Origin: Candidatus Aminicenantes bacterium
GTDB taxonomy: Bacteria > Acidobacteriota > Aminicenantia > Aminicenantales > Aminicenantaceae
Reading direction: 5' to 3'
DNA length: 64,000 bases
Assembly: GCA_050115915.1 (NCBI GenBank)
Contig: JASFPP010000001.1
Location: 3,116-67,115 of the forward strand
Positions 37,805 to 47,587 of the stretch are shown here, in pieces. Position 1 is the stretch's first letter. Each line of letters begins with the position of its first letter. The notes beneath the pieces were generated by a model. It searched no databases. It had not been told where the DNA came from and saw nothing but the letters and a program-made list of their open reading frames with translations. The translations under genes and the position numbers were made by a program.

Positions 37805-38290
37805 ATGAACACGAAGGTGAAAAAGCTCAGTGAGCTGAAAAAACTCAGGGTGAAATATAAAAAAGAGGGAGAGACGGTCGTTTTTACAAACGGATGTTTC
37901 GATGTGCTTCATAGCGGCCACATCCATCTCTTCAGACAAGCTAAGAAGCGGGGGAATATCCTTATCGTTGCAGTTAACGATGATCTGTCTGTTCGAAAAC
38001 TGAAAGGACCGGCCAGGCCAATTTTCCCGCTCGAGGAACGCTTGGAGGTTCTGGATGCCGTGGAAACCATCGATTACCTGATATCTTTTTCCCAGTCAAC
38101 ACCACGGGAACTCATTCAGGCACTCCTTCCCGATGTGCTTGTTAAGGGGGGGGATTGGAAACCCGATGAAGTTGTGGGGAGGGAAGAGGTGGAGGGGGCG
38201 GGGGGAGAGGTCTTCATTATCCCCTATCTGCCCGGGATATCCTCCTCCGAGATCCTCAGTAAAATAAAAGGCCCGCCGTCTGGATCATAA
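37805..38290 (+). CDS. nucleotidyltransferase of the RfaE domain II / cytidylyltransferase family (D-glycero-D-manno-heptose-1-phosphate adenylyltransferase-like)
   Basis: VVFTNGCFDVLHSGHIHLF (HxGH nucleotidyltransferase motif) and KGGDW, 161 aa, stand-alone without the kinase domain I. Confidence 0.8.
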   Translation: MNTKVKKLSELKKLRVKYKKEGETVVFTNGCFDVLHSGHIHLFRQAKKRGNILIVAVNDDLSVRKLKGPARPIFPLEERLEVLDAVETIDYLISFSQSTPRELIQALLPDVLVKGGDWKPDEVVGREEVEGAGGEVFIIPYLPGISSSEILSKIKGPPSGS

Positions 38291-38492
38291 CAGACAGCAG
38301 GCCTTATAATTCCATATTCAATTATTCGAGCAGTTTTGTATCTTGCTCAGGATTCCTGTAGACAGCCTTCTGAACAATGAGCGATTCTGGGTACAGCATA
38401 TCGTTTCATTTTGGCCTCCTTCCCTATTCGGGAGCACTATTGTTTATTTAGTATATAGTATTACTCAGATATAGTCAAGTGAGTTTGTCCAG

Positions 38493-39671
38493 TTATCGTT
38501 TATCCCGGATGTTCCTCTTCTCCTGTTTGGCCGTGTGATGGGTTTTGACCTGTCCGAAGAACCATGCCCAGATTTTTTTGTTGAACTCCAGGCTTGGGGG
38601 ATTTTTCTTAAGGAGGGAGAGGAAGCTGACCTCCTCTGTGTCTTCTGGTGTCCATTTGAATGTGTAGTCAGTGTTCCAGAGTTCAGGAAAGTCGGGGTGG
38701 AATTGAACGCCGAGAACGTTCGGATATTTCTCATGCTCTATGCCCTCGACCACACGTCCATCGGCGGATGTGGCATTGGTCTTGATCCCTTTCCCCAATT
38801 TCCCGAACGCCTGGTGGTGTGCGCTTATTACCAAGGGACGGTCCCTCTCTCTGAACCCCAGTTCGGCTGTGAATTTGCCCCCCTTGCAGAGAACGATCGG
38901 ATGCAAAAGGTAGGGATAGAGCTTGAGTTCCGGATGAATCCTGCTGTATGGATTTCTGTGCCAGTCGTTTTGTTCCGAGTGGATGACATCCTCGATAAAA
39001 TTCCTCCCGTATAGTTGAGACTGAATATCTTGGATCAAGGTCCCTCCGGTGCCCACGTTCAGACTCTGGGCTCCGAGACAAATACACAACACGGGAAATT
39101 TTGGAGCGGACTCCATGAGCCCCACAAAGCCAGGGTTCTGCAATCCCCCGAAAAGATGAAAGATGAATGAGACCTCAAGGAAATGGCGATAAGGGGTATG
39201 GATCGAGGTCAAGAGCCTTGTTTTTTCGCCATAGACATAGGGGGGGATGTCTGCACCTCCAAAAAAGATAAGGCCATCCGCATTTTCGAATATAGTCTTG
39301 AATTCTGCTGTCATTTCATTCTTCTGGAAAAGGGAATGGACATCGATTGTCCCTTTAATCGTGTGGAATTTGATCCAATCGATATTTTTCTCTTCAACTT
39401 GGGTTTTGGCCTTTTCGAAATCTGTCATTTGTTTCTCATGCAGGATTCCCACAACGACTAGACCCTTCGGGGAAAGAAGCTCTTGTTTTTTCAACTCCAT
39501 GAGAGATTCGATGACAAATGGGGCCGGGTGGAGGATAGCAACGACTACCCGATCATTGTCTTTTTCCGCCGAATGGAAATACGGGTCTTGGGCAAACACA
39601 AGAGTGAATGGACTCAGAATTAGAGAAACACAGAGGAATATTAAAACCCTTAGAAAGTCCGTCTTTTTCAT
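38493..39671 (-). CDS. secreted class I glutamine amidotransferase-like protein (peptidase C26 / gamma-glutamyl hydrolase-like)
   Basis: Signal peptide. Nucleophile elbow CICLGAQSLNVGTGGTLIQDI and C-terminal GVQFHPDF (His/Glu/Asp region) as in GATase1/PuuD-type enzymes. Confidence 0.65.
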   Translation of the reverse strand: MKKTDFLRVLIFLCVSLILSPFTLVFAQDPYFHSAEKDNDRVVVAILHPAPFVIESLMELKKQELLSPKGLVVVGILHEKQMTDFEKAKTQVEEKNIDWIKFHTIKGTIDVHSLFQKNEMTAEFKTIFENADGLIFFGGADIPPYVYGEKTRLLTSIHTPYRHFLEVSFIFHLFGGLQNPGFVGLMESAPKFPVLCICLGAQSLNVGTGGTLIQDIQSQLYGRNFIEDVIHSEQNDWHRNPYSRIHPELKLYPYLLHPIVLCKGGKFTAELGFRERDRPLVISAHHQAFGKLGKGIKTNATSADGRVVEGIEHEKYPNVLGVQFHPDFPELWNTDYTFKWTPEDTEEVSFLSLLKKNPPSLEFNKKIWAWFFGQVKTHHTAKQEKRNIRDKR

Positions 39672-39962
39672 TTCTCAATCTCCAATAGACATTTCTAGGC
39701 TTGGATTATATTTTTTAAGTGCATTTTTGGCAAGTATTTATAGAGAGTAACGAGTTTCACTCAAACCGTGAGGACATGAATTCTCGATGACAGTATTGAG
39801 TAACACAGTGTCTTCTGTCACGGTTCTTGAAAAACATTTAAAGGCACCCCAATTAATGAATTTAAATCCAGGCTAAACCTTTTCGTGATGCGATGCGTTT
39901 ATATAAGGTGATGCCTCAATTAAAGGAATGAGGATGGTTTTTTTCAAGGAGCTGCAAAAATA

Positions 39963-42101
39963 ATGCCGATACGAAAAATTCCGGCCCTGATGATCTTAAT
40001 GCTCCTCTTTGTGTGGCCGGGATTTGTCTTCTCTTCCAAAGAGGAGATTGTCACTATCCCTCGGCTCACTAAAACGCCGAAGATCGATGGGGTATTGGAT
40101 AATCCGATTTGGGATACTGAGGCCCTCAAGATCGTAAATTTCCATCAACTGTCCCCCAAGGAGATGGCTGATCCATCGGAAAAAACCGTGGCTTATATCG
40201 GTTATGATGAAAAAAATCTATACATCGCCTTTAAATGCCACGATTCCGACTCTAAAAAGATTTGGGCTTCAGTGACCAGCCGCGACGGATGTATCGAAGA
40301 TGACTGGGTGATCCTGTTTCTCGACACGTTCAATGAAAAACGCCGAGCTTTCGGATTCATCCTGAATCCGTTCGGTATCCAAATGGACTGTATCCGTATC
40401 GAAGAGGGAGGCAGCGAAAACATGGACTTCAGCTGGGATGCGGTTTTTTCGAGCGAGGGGAGAATAGATGATGAAGGCTATGTCGTGGAAATGGCGATTC
40501 CCTTCAAAAGCATCCGTTTTCCTGACACTGAAGAGAAGGTTTGGGGGCTCACTCTCGGCCGCAACATCCCCCGCAAAGGGGAACTCCTCCTTTGGCCAGA
40601 ATTCTCACGAAAGATCTCAGGATTGATCAGCCAGAGTGAGGAGATCAGGATCCAGGGGCATGTCGAAAAAGGGAAAAATTTCGAGATTATGCCTGTCGTG
40701 ACTTCTCTCAGGACGAAGGACTCGAAGATCGACCCCGAAGCCGGCTTGAACCTTAAGTGGGGTGTCAGCTCCGATCTTACTCTGGATGTCACTGTCAATC
40801 CTGATTACAGTCACATAGAGGCCGACGCTCCAAGAATAGAGGCCAACCAGAGATTTGCTCTTTACTATCCGGAGAAGCGTCCTTTCTTCCTCGAAGGGAT
40901 GGAGATCTTCCGGTTTCCCGAAGTCAATCTTGTCTATACGCGCCGCATCATCGACCCGGCAGTCGGGGGGAAGGCGACCGGAAAAGTCGGGCGATTCACC
41001 TATGGATTTCTGACGGCGTATGACCTCAATCCCACAGAAAGCCTCTGGGATGTCTCCGAGAGTGAGGAAGCGCGGGAGGAAAACGCCCTTTTCAACATCT
41101 TCAGGATGAAATCGGATATCGGACCGGGATCCTACCTGGGATTTTGCCTCACAGATAAAAAAATCAACGGCTCTTTCAATCGCGTGGCTGGAGTAGATGG
41201 ACAGATTAAATGGAAAAACAACTTTTTTTTCTCCTTCCAGGCAGTAGGATCGAAGACGAAGTACGATGACCGGGAGACGGATGTCGTCCCCGCCCTAATG
41301 GCGGAAGCATCCTATTTTTCGAAGTACTGGGGGGCCGGTGTGTCCTGGCAGTCCATGCATCCCGACTTCGAAGCTTCTGCGGGATTTGTCAATCGTGTGG
41401 ATTACAGGCAAATCCTGGGTTATTCCTTTTTGAACTTCTATCCAGAGAAAAACTTTCTGAACCAGATCAGGTTGAGTATGAATGCCGGTCAGATGTACAC
41501 GTATTTTGGGAACACTCTTTCCGACCAGTGGGTGACAGGAAACATTCATCTCCGCTTCACCGAGTTCAATCACATGAACATAACCTATAGAAATTCCATG
41601 GAAAGGTACGGAGGGATCGATTTCCACAAGAATAGCGTTACCCTCAACATCAATTTCAGTTGGGTCGGGTGGCTTCCGTTCGGGGCTTATTTCCGGACGG
41701 GAGATAGTATTTACTATGATGAAGACGATCCATACTTGGGATTCAGCAACACGTATTCGGTCTACTTGACATTTAAACCGAGCAGGAGGCTCCAGTACTC
41801 CATTGATTTTACGAAACAGACTTTTTGGGAGGAACGTGGTGGAGACCAGGTCTATGATATCAATGTCGTGCGCAACCGCTTGACCTACCAGATCTCAAGA
41901 ACCCTCTCTCTGCGCGGCATCCTCGATTACGACCACTCCGACAGAGCTGTTTACGGAAGTTTTTTGGTGAGCTGGGTCTTGAAGCCGGGCACCGTATTCT
42001 TTTTTGGCGTGGACAACAACCTGCTGAAGAACGAGTTCGGCAACTATACCCAGGACGACTATAGCGTGTTTGTCAAGTTTTCCTATTGGTGGAGAATTTA
42101 A
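39963..42101 (+). CDS. large secreted protein with N-terminal CBM9/DOMON-like domain (DUF5916-like), possibly outer-membrane associated
   Basis: Signal peptide; PRLTKTPKIDGVLDNPIWDTEA resembles the start of CBM9-like domains. The C-terminal 450 aa are rich in alternating aromatic/hydrophilic beta-strand patterns and end in FSYWWRI. Confidence 0.5.
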   Translation: MPIRKIPALMILMLLFVWPGFVFSSKEEIVTIPRLTKTPKIDGVLDNPIWDTEALKIVNFHQLSPKEMADPSEKTVAYIGYDEKNLYIAFKCHDSDSKKIWASVTSRDGCIEDDWVILFLDTFNEKRRAFGFILNPFGIQMDCIRIEEGGSENMDFSWDAVFSSEGRIDDEGYVVEMAIPFKSIRFPDTEEKVWGLTLGRNIPRKGELLLWPEFSRKISGLISQSEEIRIQGHVEKGKNFEIMPVVTSLRTKDSKIDPEAGLNLKWGVSSDLTLDVTVNPDYSHIEADAPRIEANQRFALYYPEKRPFFLEGMEIFRFPEVNLVYTRRIIDPAVGGKATGKVGRFTYGFLTAYDLNPTESLWDVSESEEAREENALFNIFRMKSDIGPGSYLGFCLTDKKINGSFNRVAGVDGQIKWKNNFFFSFQAVGSKTKYDDRETDVVPALMAEASYFSKYWGAGVSWQSMHPDFEASAGFVNRVDYRQILGYSFLNFYPEKNFLNQIRLSMNAGQMYTYFGNTLSDQWVTGNIHLRFTEFNHMNITYRNSMERYGGIDFHKNSVTLNINFSWVGWLPFGAYFRTGDSIYYDEDDPYLGFSNTYSVYLTFKPSRRLQYSIDFTKQTFWEERGGDQVYDINVVRNRLTYQISRTLSLRGILDYDHSDRAVYGSFLVSWVLKPGTVFFFGVDNNLLKNEFGNYTQDDYSVFVKFSYWWRI

Positions 42102-42142
42102 TCCCGCGCGAAGGCGACACCGGCTTCATACCGATTCTCTCG

Positions 42143-42406
42143 CTAATCAAGATCGACGAGCTCGCTCTCCCCGGAGCTGAAAATCTTCAGGATCGCTTTT
42201 TTGCTCTTCATTTCGATCGTGTATTCTTCGTGGATTTCACCTGTTTTTGGATCGAGGATCTTTTTTCTTTCGCATAGGCGATCGATCGCTCGTTCTTCAT
42301 CATTAATGAACACAGACCGAGGAGTCTCCTCCCCCTTATATCCCGAATAAAACTTAACTTTGACTTTGCGGTAATCGCTTTGCTTGGATTTATTATCCAA
42401 CGACAT
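42143..42406 (-). CDS. hypothetical small basic protein
   Basis: 87-aa ORF, lysine-rich, with no motif recognised. It is co-directional with the next ORF. Confidence 0.35.
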   Translation of the reverse strand: MSLDNKSKQSDYRKVKVKFYSGYKGEETPRSVFINDEERAIDRLCERKKILDPKTGEIHEEYTIEMKSKKAILKIFSSGESELVDLD

Positions 42407-42482
42407 TTATCTCCTGCGAATTCTGGCTTTTAAGCCATTCACATTGTGGGACCTTGATGGCCGCAACTTTTCCAATGGGAAA

Positions 42483-43082
42483 TTATGCAGGATTGATGTT
42501 CCTCTTGAGCTGTTTAAGTCCCTCCTCACGGGCATGAAGGATTTGCTGGATATCCACTTCCTTCAGCTCCTTTTGCTTCAGAATGTGATCCTTTAGCGCT
42601 CTCCTGTATAAGAGGTATTCGTCTTTAGCGGAGATGTTCGGTTCCACCCGTTCCGTGTACAAAAAATCTTCGATCGGCCGGTTTTTGCCGTTGTTGTTGC
42701 CTTCGCTCAGATCAACCCTGTATTCGCCGTAGACTAAAAAGCAATGGATCATCGGCACATAGGGAAGTCTGTATTTTGTCAAAATTTTATCTGTGCCGGT
42801 GACGATCTCTTCGGTCATGGCGTATATGCCGACGGTCTTTACGATCGGGAGGTCCAGTTCCTGCGCCAGTGTGGCGATCACAGCATGTTTGGTCGTGCAG
42901 GTTCCCTTGTTTTCCTTGAAGAGGATCATCAGATCGTCTCTGTTTGTGTTATACCCGTACGGCAATTCATGGACATATCGACAGGCATCAGTGAAAAGAC
43001 TGATCCCTAAACTCAAAAACTTGGCCGATATTATTCTGGCTTCCGAGAGGAGTCTATTTGGGAAAACCGTTAGTTTGTCCAC
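42483..43082 (-). CDS. hypothetical protein
   Basis: 199-aa ORF of ordinary composition with no recognisable motif. It lies divergent from mfd. Confidence 0.45.
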   Translation of the reverse strand: MDKLTVFPNRLLSEARIISAKFLSLGISLFTDACRYVHELPYGYNTNRDDLMILFKENKGTCTTKHAVIATLAQELDLPIVKTVGIYAMTEEIVTGTDKILTKYRLPYVPMIHCFLVYGEYRVDLSEGNNNGKNRPIEDFLYTERVEPNISAKDEYLLYRRALKDHILKQKELKEVDIQQILHAREEGLKQLKRNINPA

Positions 43083-43138
43083 AGAATTTTTCTAACATAG
43101 CAGAAAGCTTTTAGTCAACATTCAGGTATAATAAGGCC

Positions 43139-46100
43139 ATGAGCTTAAAATTTCTTGCGGAGACAGATGAGTTCAAGAAATTGAAGTCTGCTCTAGATCA
43201 GGGAGCGAAAGGGTTTCACGTTACAGGAATCGTGGATGCGGCAAAGGCCTATTTTCTTGCAACTTTGCTCTTGGATACAGATAAAAAGGTCGTATTTATC
43301 CGGCCTTCCAGTTTTTCCCTCACCAAGGTTCTGGAGCAATGCCAATTCTTTTTATCGCGCTTTTCTGAAGATCTTTCGATCAGTGTTCTTCCTCCTCTCT
43401 CGGAGAATCCATACGCGGAGGTTCCTCCTTCACTCGGATCAATCTCTTCGCGGATGCGGTTCTTCTACTCCTTGACATACACCGAACCGCGGCTTATCGT
43501 GACCAATCTTCTGGGTCTTCTTAAGCCCTTCCCTCATCCCGAACACATAAAGGGTTTTTTCACCGAGGTCGGTGTGGGTCAGAGGATAAATCGTGACACG
43601 CTGCTCGAGATCCTGACCGAATATGGATACACACAAGAGGACATCATCAATGCGCACGGAGAATATTCTTGGCGGGGTGGGATCGTGGATGTGTACTCAC
43701 CCTGGGAAGCTTTTCCTTTCCGTATCGAATTCAGCGGCAATGAAGTTGTCTCTCTTCGAACGTTCGACCTGTCTTCGCAAAGGTCTAAAACAAAAATCGA
43801 CAGACTCCTCTTCCCCTCACTCCGTGAGTTTGTTGGAAATTCTGTCTTCCTCGAAGAGTGGATCCGATTGGCTCAGCAAGAAGCGGACCAGCGTTTTTTA
43901 AAAGACCTTAAGTCGAAAGCAGAGAATCTCGAAAGAGGAGAAATCTTCCCATCCTTTTCTTTTTTGTCGCTGCTTCACAGTGAGCGTTTCTCCACATACC
44001 AGGCCTACCTCAAGGATTATCTTTTTATTATCGATAATCCTGAGGATGTCACCAAAGACCGGGAAGAGACCTATGCGGAACTCGAGGAACAGTTCCATGA
44101 GATATCTGCTCAAGGGAAGTATGCTCTTTCCCCCGCAAAGATTTATCCCCCGGCCTTGTGGGATCTAATAAGGGAGAACGCCATTAAACTGGATGAGCTG
44201 GCAACGCCGGATAACGGGCAGGCGTTTCGTTTTCCTTTTCAATCCACCACGCGGTTTGCCAATAAGATCCCGTTCTTCTTGAAGTACATGAAAAAACTCC
44301 AAAAGGAAAGGGAAAGAAGTTATGTTTTTCTGGCCAATGAAGGTTTGCGTCAGAAATTCGCCGGCCTGCTCTCCCAGCACATGATCCCCTTTGTGAAGGC
44401 CGAAGATCCTTTGGCCTCTCCTCGCGAAGGAGAAGTGAGCCTTTTTATCGGAGACCTCGAGCGAGGATTCCGTTATCCCGGAGAGAAGATCTCCTTCTTT
44501 TCTGAAAAGGATATTTTCACCGAGGAAAAAGTTCTAATCAGTCGTCCTCGGGTCAGAGCGTTTGTCTCCCACTTCCAGGATCTCAAAGCGGGGGATTTTG
44601 TGGTTCATACGGATTATGGGATCGGAATCTTTACCGGTTTGATCAAGCTCAGTGTCGATAAGAGGAAGAGAGAATTTATTGAAATTCACTACAAGGATGA
44701 GGATAAACTGTTCGTTCCGGTCGAGGACCTTAACCTCGTCCAAAAATATGCCCAGTTGGGAACATCTGCCCCGAGCCTGAACAAGCTGGGGACGCCTCAG
44801 TGGGAAAGGATAAAAGCTCGAACAAAAAAGGCCATAGAAACCATGGCCAAAGAGCTCCTCGAGCTCTATGCCAGGCGGAAGGCGCTCGAGGGATTCAGCT
44901 ATAGCCAGGGCGGGGAGTGGCTCTCTGATTTCGAGAAAACTTTCGAGTTTCAAGAAACCGAAGATCAACTCAGAGCGATCCAAGAGATCATGATGGACAT
45001 GGAATCCGAATCTCCGATGGACCGCCTGCTCTGTGGGGATGTGGGATACGGCAAGACAGAAGTGGCCATAAGAGCGTCCTTCAAGGCCGTTATGGATGGG
45101 AAGCAGGTGGCTGTTCTCTGCCCGACAACAGTTTTGGCCAGCCAACACCACAAAACCTTCCAGACGAGAATGCTGCTCTTCCCCGTTCGGGTGGAGAGCC
45201 TCACAAGGCTCCAAAGTCCGACAAAGCAAAAAAAAGTCCTTGCGGACCTCGAAAAAGGATTGGCCGATATCGTCATCGGCACTCACCGTCTCCTCTCCAA
45301 GGATGTGGCGTTCCGAGATCTCGGATTGTTGGTCGTCGACGAGGAGCAAAGGTTTGGTGTCAGCCACAAAGAGAGGATCAAAACTTTAAAAAGCAATATC
45401 GATGTATTGACCATGACTGCCACTCCGATCCCGCGGACCTTGAACCTCTCCCTCTCCGGGTTGAGGGACATCAGTTTGATCGAGACGGCACCCAAAGACC
45501 GGCTGGCGATCCATACGGTTGTCACCACCTTTCGCTCGAGTCTTATCGTATCAGCCATTAGGAAAGAGTTGGGCAGGGGAGGACAGGTGTACTTCATCCA
45601 CAATAAGATCGACGATATCGACACCATTGCCCGCACGATCGAAAAATGGGTGCCGCAAGCTAAAATTGTTACCATTCACGGACAAATGCCAAGCACAAAG
45701 CTCGAGCGCCGGATGGTTGATTTTATCGAGCACAAGTATAATGTCCTCGTTTCAACAACGATCATAGAGAACGGGATCGATATCCCCCTCGTCAACACTC
45801 TCATCGTGAACCGGGCAGACCGATTTGGTCTGGCACAGCTCTACCAGCTGAGAGGAAGAGTAGGGAGGTCATCGCGGCAAGCCATGGCCTACTTTCTGGT
45901 CCCTCCATTCACAGAGCTGACACCTGTGGCCAAAGAGAGGTTGAAGGCCCTGCAGGAATTTACAGAACTGGGTTCCGGCTTCCGCCTCGCAGCTAAAGAT
46001 TTGGAGATCAGGGGGGCAGGAAATTTTCTGGGTTCTGAACAGCATGGGTACATGGAAGCCGTAGGGTTTAACTACTACATGAGTCTTCTCGAGAAGACTG

Positions 46101-46567
46101 TCAGAGAACTCAAGGGGGAGGAGCGGGATGAAATCAACAGTGAGATCAACATGAAGATAGACATGCGCATTCCCGAAAGCTACTTGCCCCAAATCAACCT
46201 CAGGCTCAACCTTTACAAGAGAATCTCTTCTGTGGAAAATCTGGAAGAGTTGAGCAGTATAAGGGAAGAGATCAAAGACCGGTATGGTCCCCTCCCTTCT
46301 CCTGTCGGCAACCTTCTCCGTTATGGAATAATAAAGTTTCTGGCTCAGAGGATCAGAGTCCAGAGGATAGACCGTATCGGCCGGAAGATTGTTTTTAAGT
46401 TCCTCCCTTCCTCGAAGGCAGATGTTGCGGGGGTGACAAAACTGTTCGAGGCATACACCGGATCGATCACGCCCCAGGGGACAATGAGTATTGAGCTCTC
46501 CTCGGATGGAGATGCCGCGCTATTGGATGAAACGATATCCATCTTGAAGGAGTTAAGCCAAGTGTAA
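43139..46567 (+). CDS. mfd: transcription-repair coupling factor
   Basis: 1142 aa; UvrB-homology N-terminus, RNAP-interaction domain, superfamily-2 helicase motifs (GDVGYGKTEVA, DEEQRFGV, LTMTATPIPRTL), TRG and C-terminal D7 domain. Confidence 0.93.
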   Translation: MSLKFLAETDEFKKLKSALDQGAKGFHVTGIVDAAKAYFLATLLLDTDKKVVFIRPSSFSLTKVLEQCQFFLSRFSEDLSISVLPPLSENPYAEVPPSLGSISSRMRFFYSLTYTEPRLIVTNLLGLLKPFPHPEHIKGFFTEVGVGQRINRDTLLEILTEYGYTQEDIINAHGEYSWRGGIVDVYSPWEAFPFRIEFSGNEVVSLRTFDLSSQRSKTKIDRLLFPSLREFVGNSVFLEEWIRLAQQEADQRFLKDLKSKAENLERGEIFPSFSFLSLLHSERFSTYQAYLKDYLFIIDNPEDVTKDREETYAELEEQFHEISAQGKYALSPAKIYPPALWDLIRENAIKLDELATPDNGQAFRFPFQSTTRFANKIPFFLKYMKKLQKERERSYVFLANEGLRQKFAGLLSQHMIPFVKAEDPLASPREGEVSLFIGDLERGFRYPGEKISFFSEKDIFTEEKVLISRPRVRAFVSHFQDLKAGDFVVHTDYGIGIFTGLIKLSVDKRKREFIEIHYKDEDKLFVPVEDLNLVQKYAQLGTSAPSLNKLGTPQWERIKARTKKAIETMAKELLELYARRKALEGFSYSQGGEWLSDFEKTFEFQETEDQLRAIQEIMMDMESESPMDRLLCGDVGYGKTEVAIRASFKAVMDGKQVAVLCPTTVLASQHHKTFQTRMLLFPVRVESLTRLQSPTKQKKVLADLEKGLADIVIGTHRLLSKDVAFRDLGLLVVDEEQRFGVSHKERIKTLKSNIDVLTMTATPIPRTLNLSLSGLRDISLIETAPKDRLAIHTVVTTFRSSLIVSAIRKELGRGGQVYFIHNKIDDIDTIARTIEKWVPQAKIVTIHGQMPSTKLERRMVDFIEHKYNVLVSTTIIENGIDIPLVNTLIVNRADRFGLAQLYQLRGRVGRSSRQAMAYFLVPPFTELTPVAKERLKALQEFTELGSGFRLAAKDLEIRGAGNFLGSEQHGYMEAVGFNYYMSLLEKTVRELKGEERDEINSEINMKIDMRIPESYLPQINLRLNLYKRISSVENLEELSSIREEIKDRYGPLPSPVGNLLRYGIIKFLAQRIRVQRIDRIGRKIVFKFLPSSKADVAGVTKLFEAYTGSITPQGTMSIELSSDGDAALLDETISILKELSQV

Positions 46568-46576
46568 TATAATGGA

Positions 46577-47587
46577 TTGAAATTAAATCAGATGGAGCGA
46601 ATGCGTTTGAAACGTTATGTTTTCTGGATGTTCTGCCTTGGACTTTTGTTTGCCTCCAACTTTGGCTGCAAGCACCAGGCATCCGAGGAAGGAGTGCCGG
46701 TCAAAGGAACATACTCTCCTCGAGAAAAGAATAGCATCATACTTAAAGTTGCGGATTCTTTTTACTTCAATTCCGATTTTGAAAAATATCTTCTGTCCAT
46801 CGTAGGGCAGGAATACAAAGATCTCTCTGTAAGCGCACTCAGCCGCCTCTTCGATGATTTTGTCGATGAGAAGATCCTCCTTCGTGCGGCCAAGGATCAG
46901 GAAACGTCGCTCACTGTCGATGAACAAAAAGAATATCTGGCCAAACTGACGAGAGAATCCTGGTCGAACGGGCGGAAAAGCTTATTGGATGAGCTCGAGT
47001 ATGAAACCCTCCTGGAAAAACTTGTGATTGAGAAATACTTATCACAAAAAATCGAGAGGATTGATGTCACGGATCAAGAAGTTAAAGATTACTATGAACT
47101 TCACAAGCGGGAGTTTTTGCGCCCCGAGAGAGTGAGGGTCAGTCAGATCTTATTGAAGACAGAGGGAAAGGCCGTCGAGATCCTGGAGAAAATCAAGGAC
47201 TCGAGCGGTGAGGCTTTCAGAGAGCTCGCCCGTAAGGAGTCGATCGGAGTGGAGGCATCGAAGGGAGGAGAGATGGGCCTTTTTGAAATGGGACAGCTCC
47301 CTTCCGAGATGGAAAAGGTTGTTTTCGCCTTAAAGGTCGGAGAGATCAGCCCTGTGGTTGAGTCGTCGTATGGGTACCATATATTCAGGCTGGATGAGAA
47401 ATTGGAACCGGAGCTTGTCCCTGAGGATAGTGCTCTCCCTGAGATCAAGATCAAAATATTCAACGAGAGGATTCAGAAGTTTCTTCGAGATCACATGGTG
47501 AGCCTCAAGTCCCGATTGGATTGGAATTCCTATCCAAACAATCTTTCCTTCAGCTATCAAAGGATTGATCATGATGAGAGCGAATAA
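46577..47587 (+). CDS. SurA/PrsA-like peptidyl-prolyl cis-trans isomerase (parvulin domain), probably lipid-anchored
   Basis: Signal sequence ending LLFASNFGC (possible lipobox). The parvulin core is RVSQILLKTEGKAVEILEKI...GGEMGLFEMGQLPSEM...SSYGYHIF. Confidence 0.75.
   Translation: MKLNQMERMRLKRYVFWMFCLGLLFASNFGCKHQASEEGVPVKGTYSPREKNSIILKVADSFYFNSDFEKYLLSIVGQEYKDLSVSALSRLFDDFVDEKILLRAAKDQETSLTVDEQKEYLAKLTRESWSNGRKSLLDELEYETLLEKLVIEKYLSQKIERIDVTDQEVKDYYELHKREFLRPERVRVSQILLKTEGKAVEILEKIKDSSGEAFRELARKESIGVEASKGGEMGLFEMGQLPSEMEKVVFALKVGEISPVVESSYGYHIFRLDEKLEPELVPEDSALPEIKIKIFNERIQKFLRDHMVSLKSRLDWNSYPNNLSFSYQRIDHDESE

Noticed and set aside
44534-45367. 277-aa ORF antisense to mfd
   Set aside because: mfd helicase motifs are on the plus strand. 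The antisense ORF has no features.
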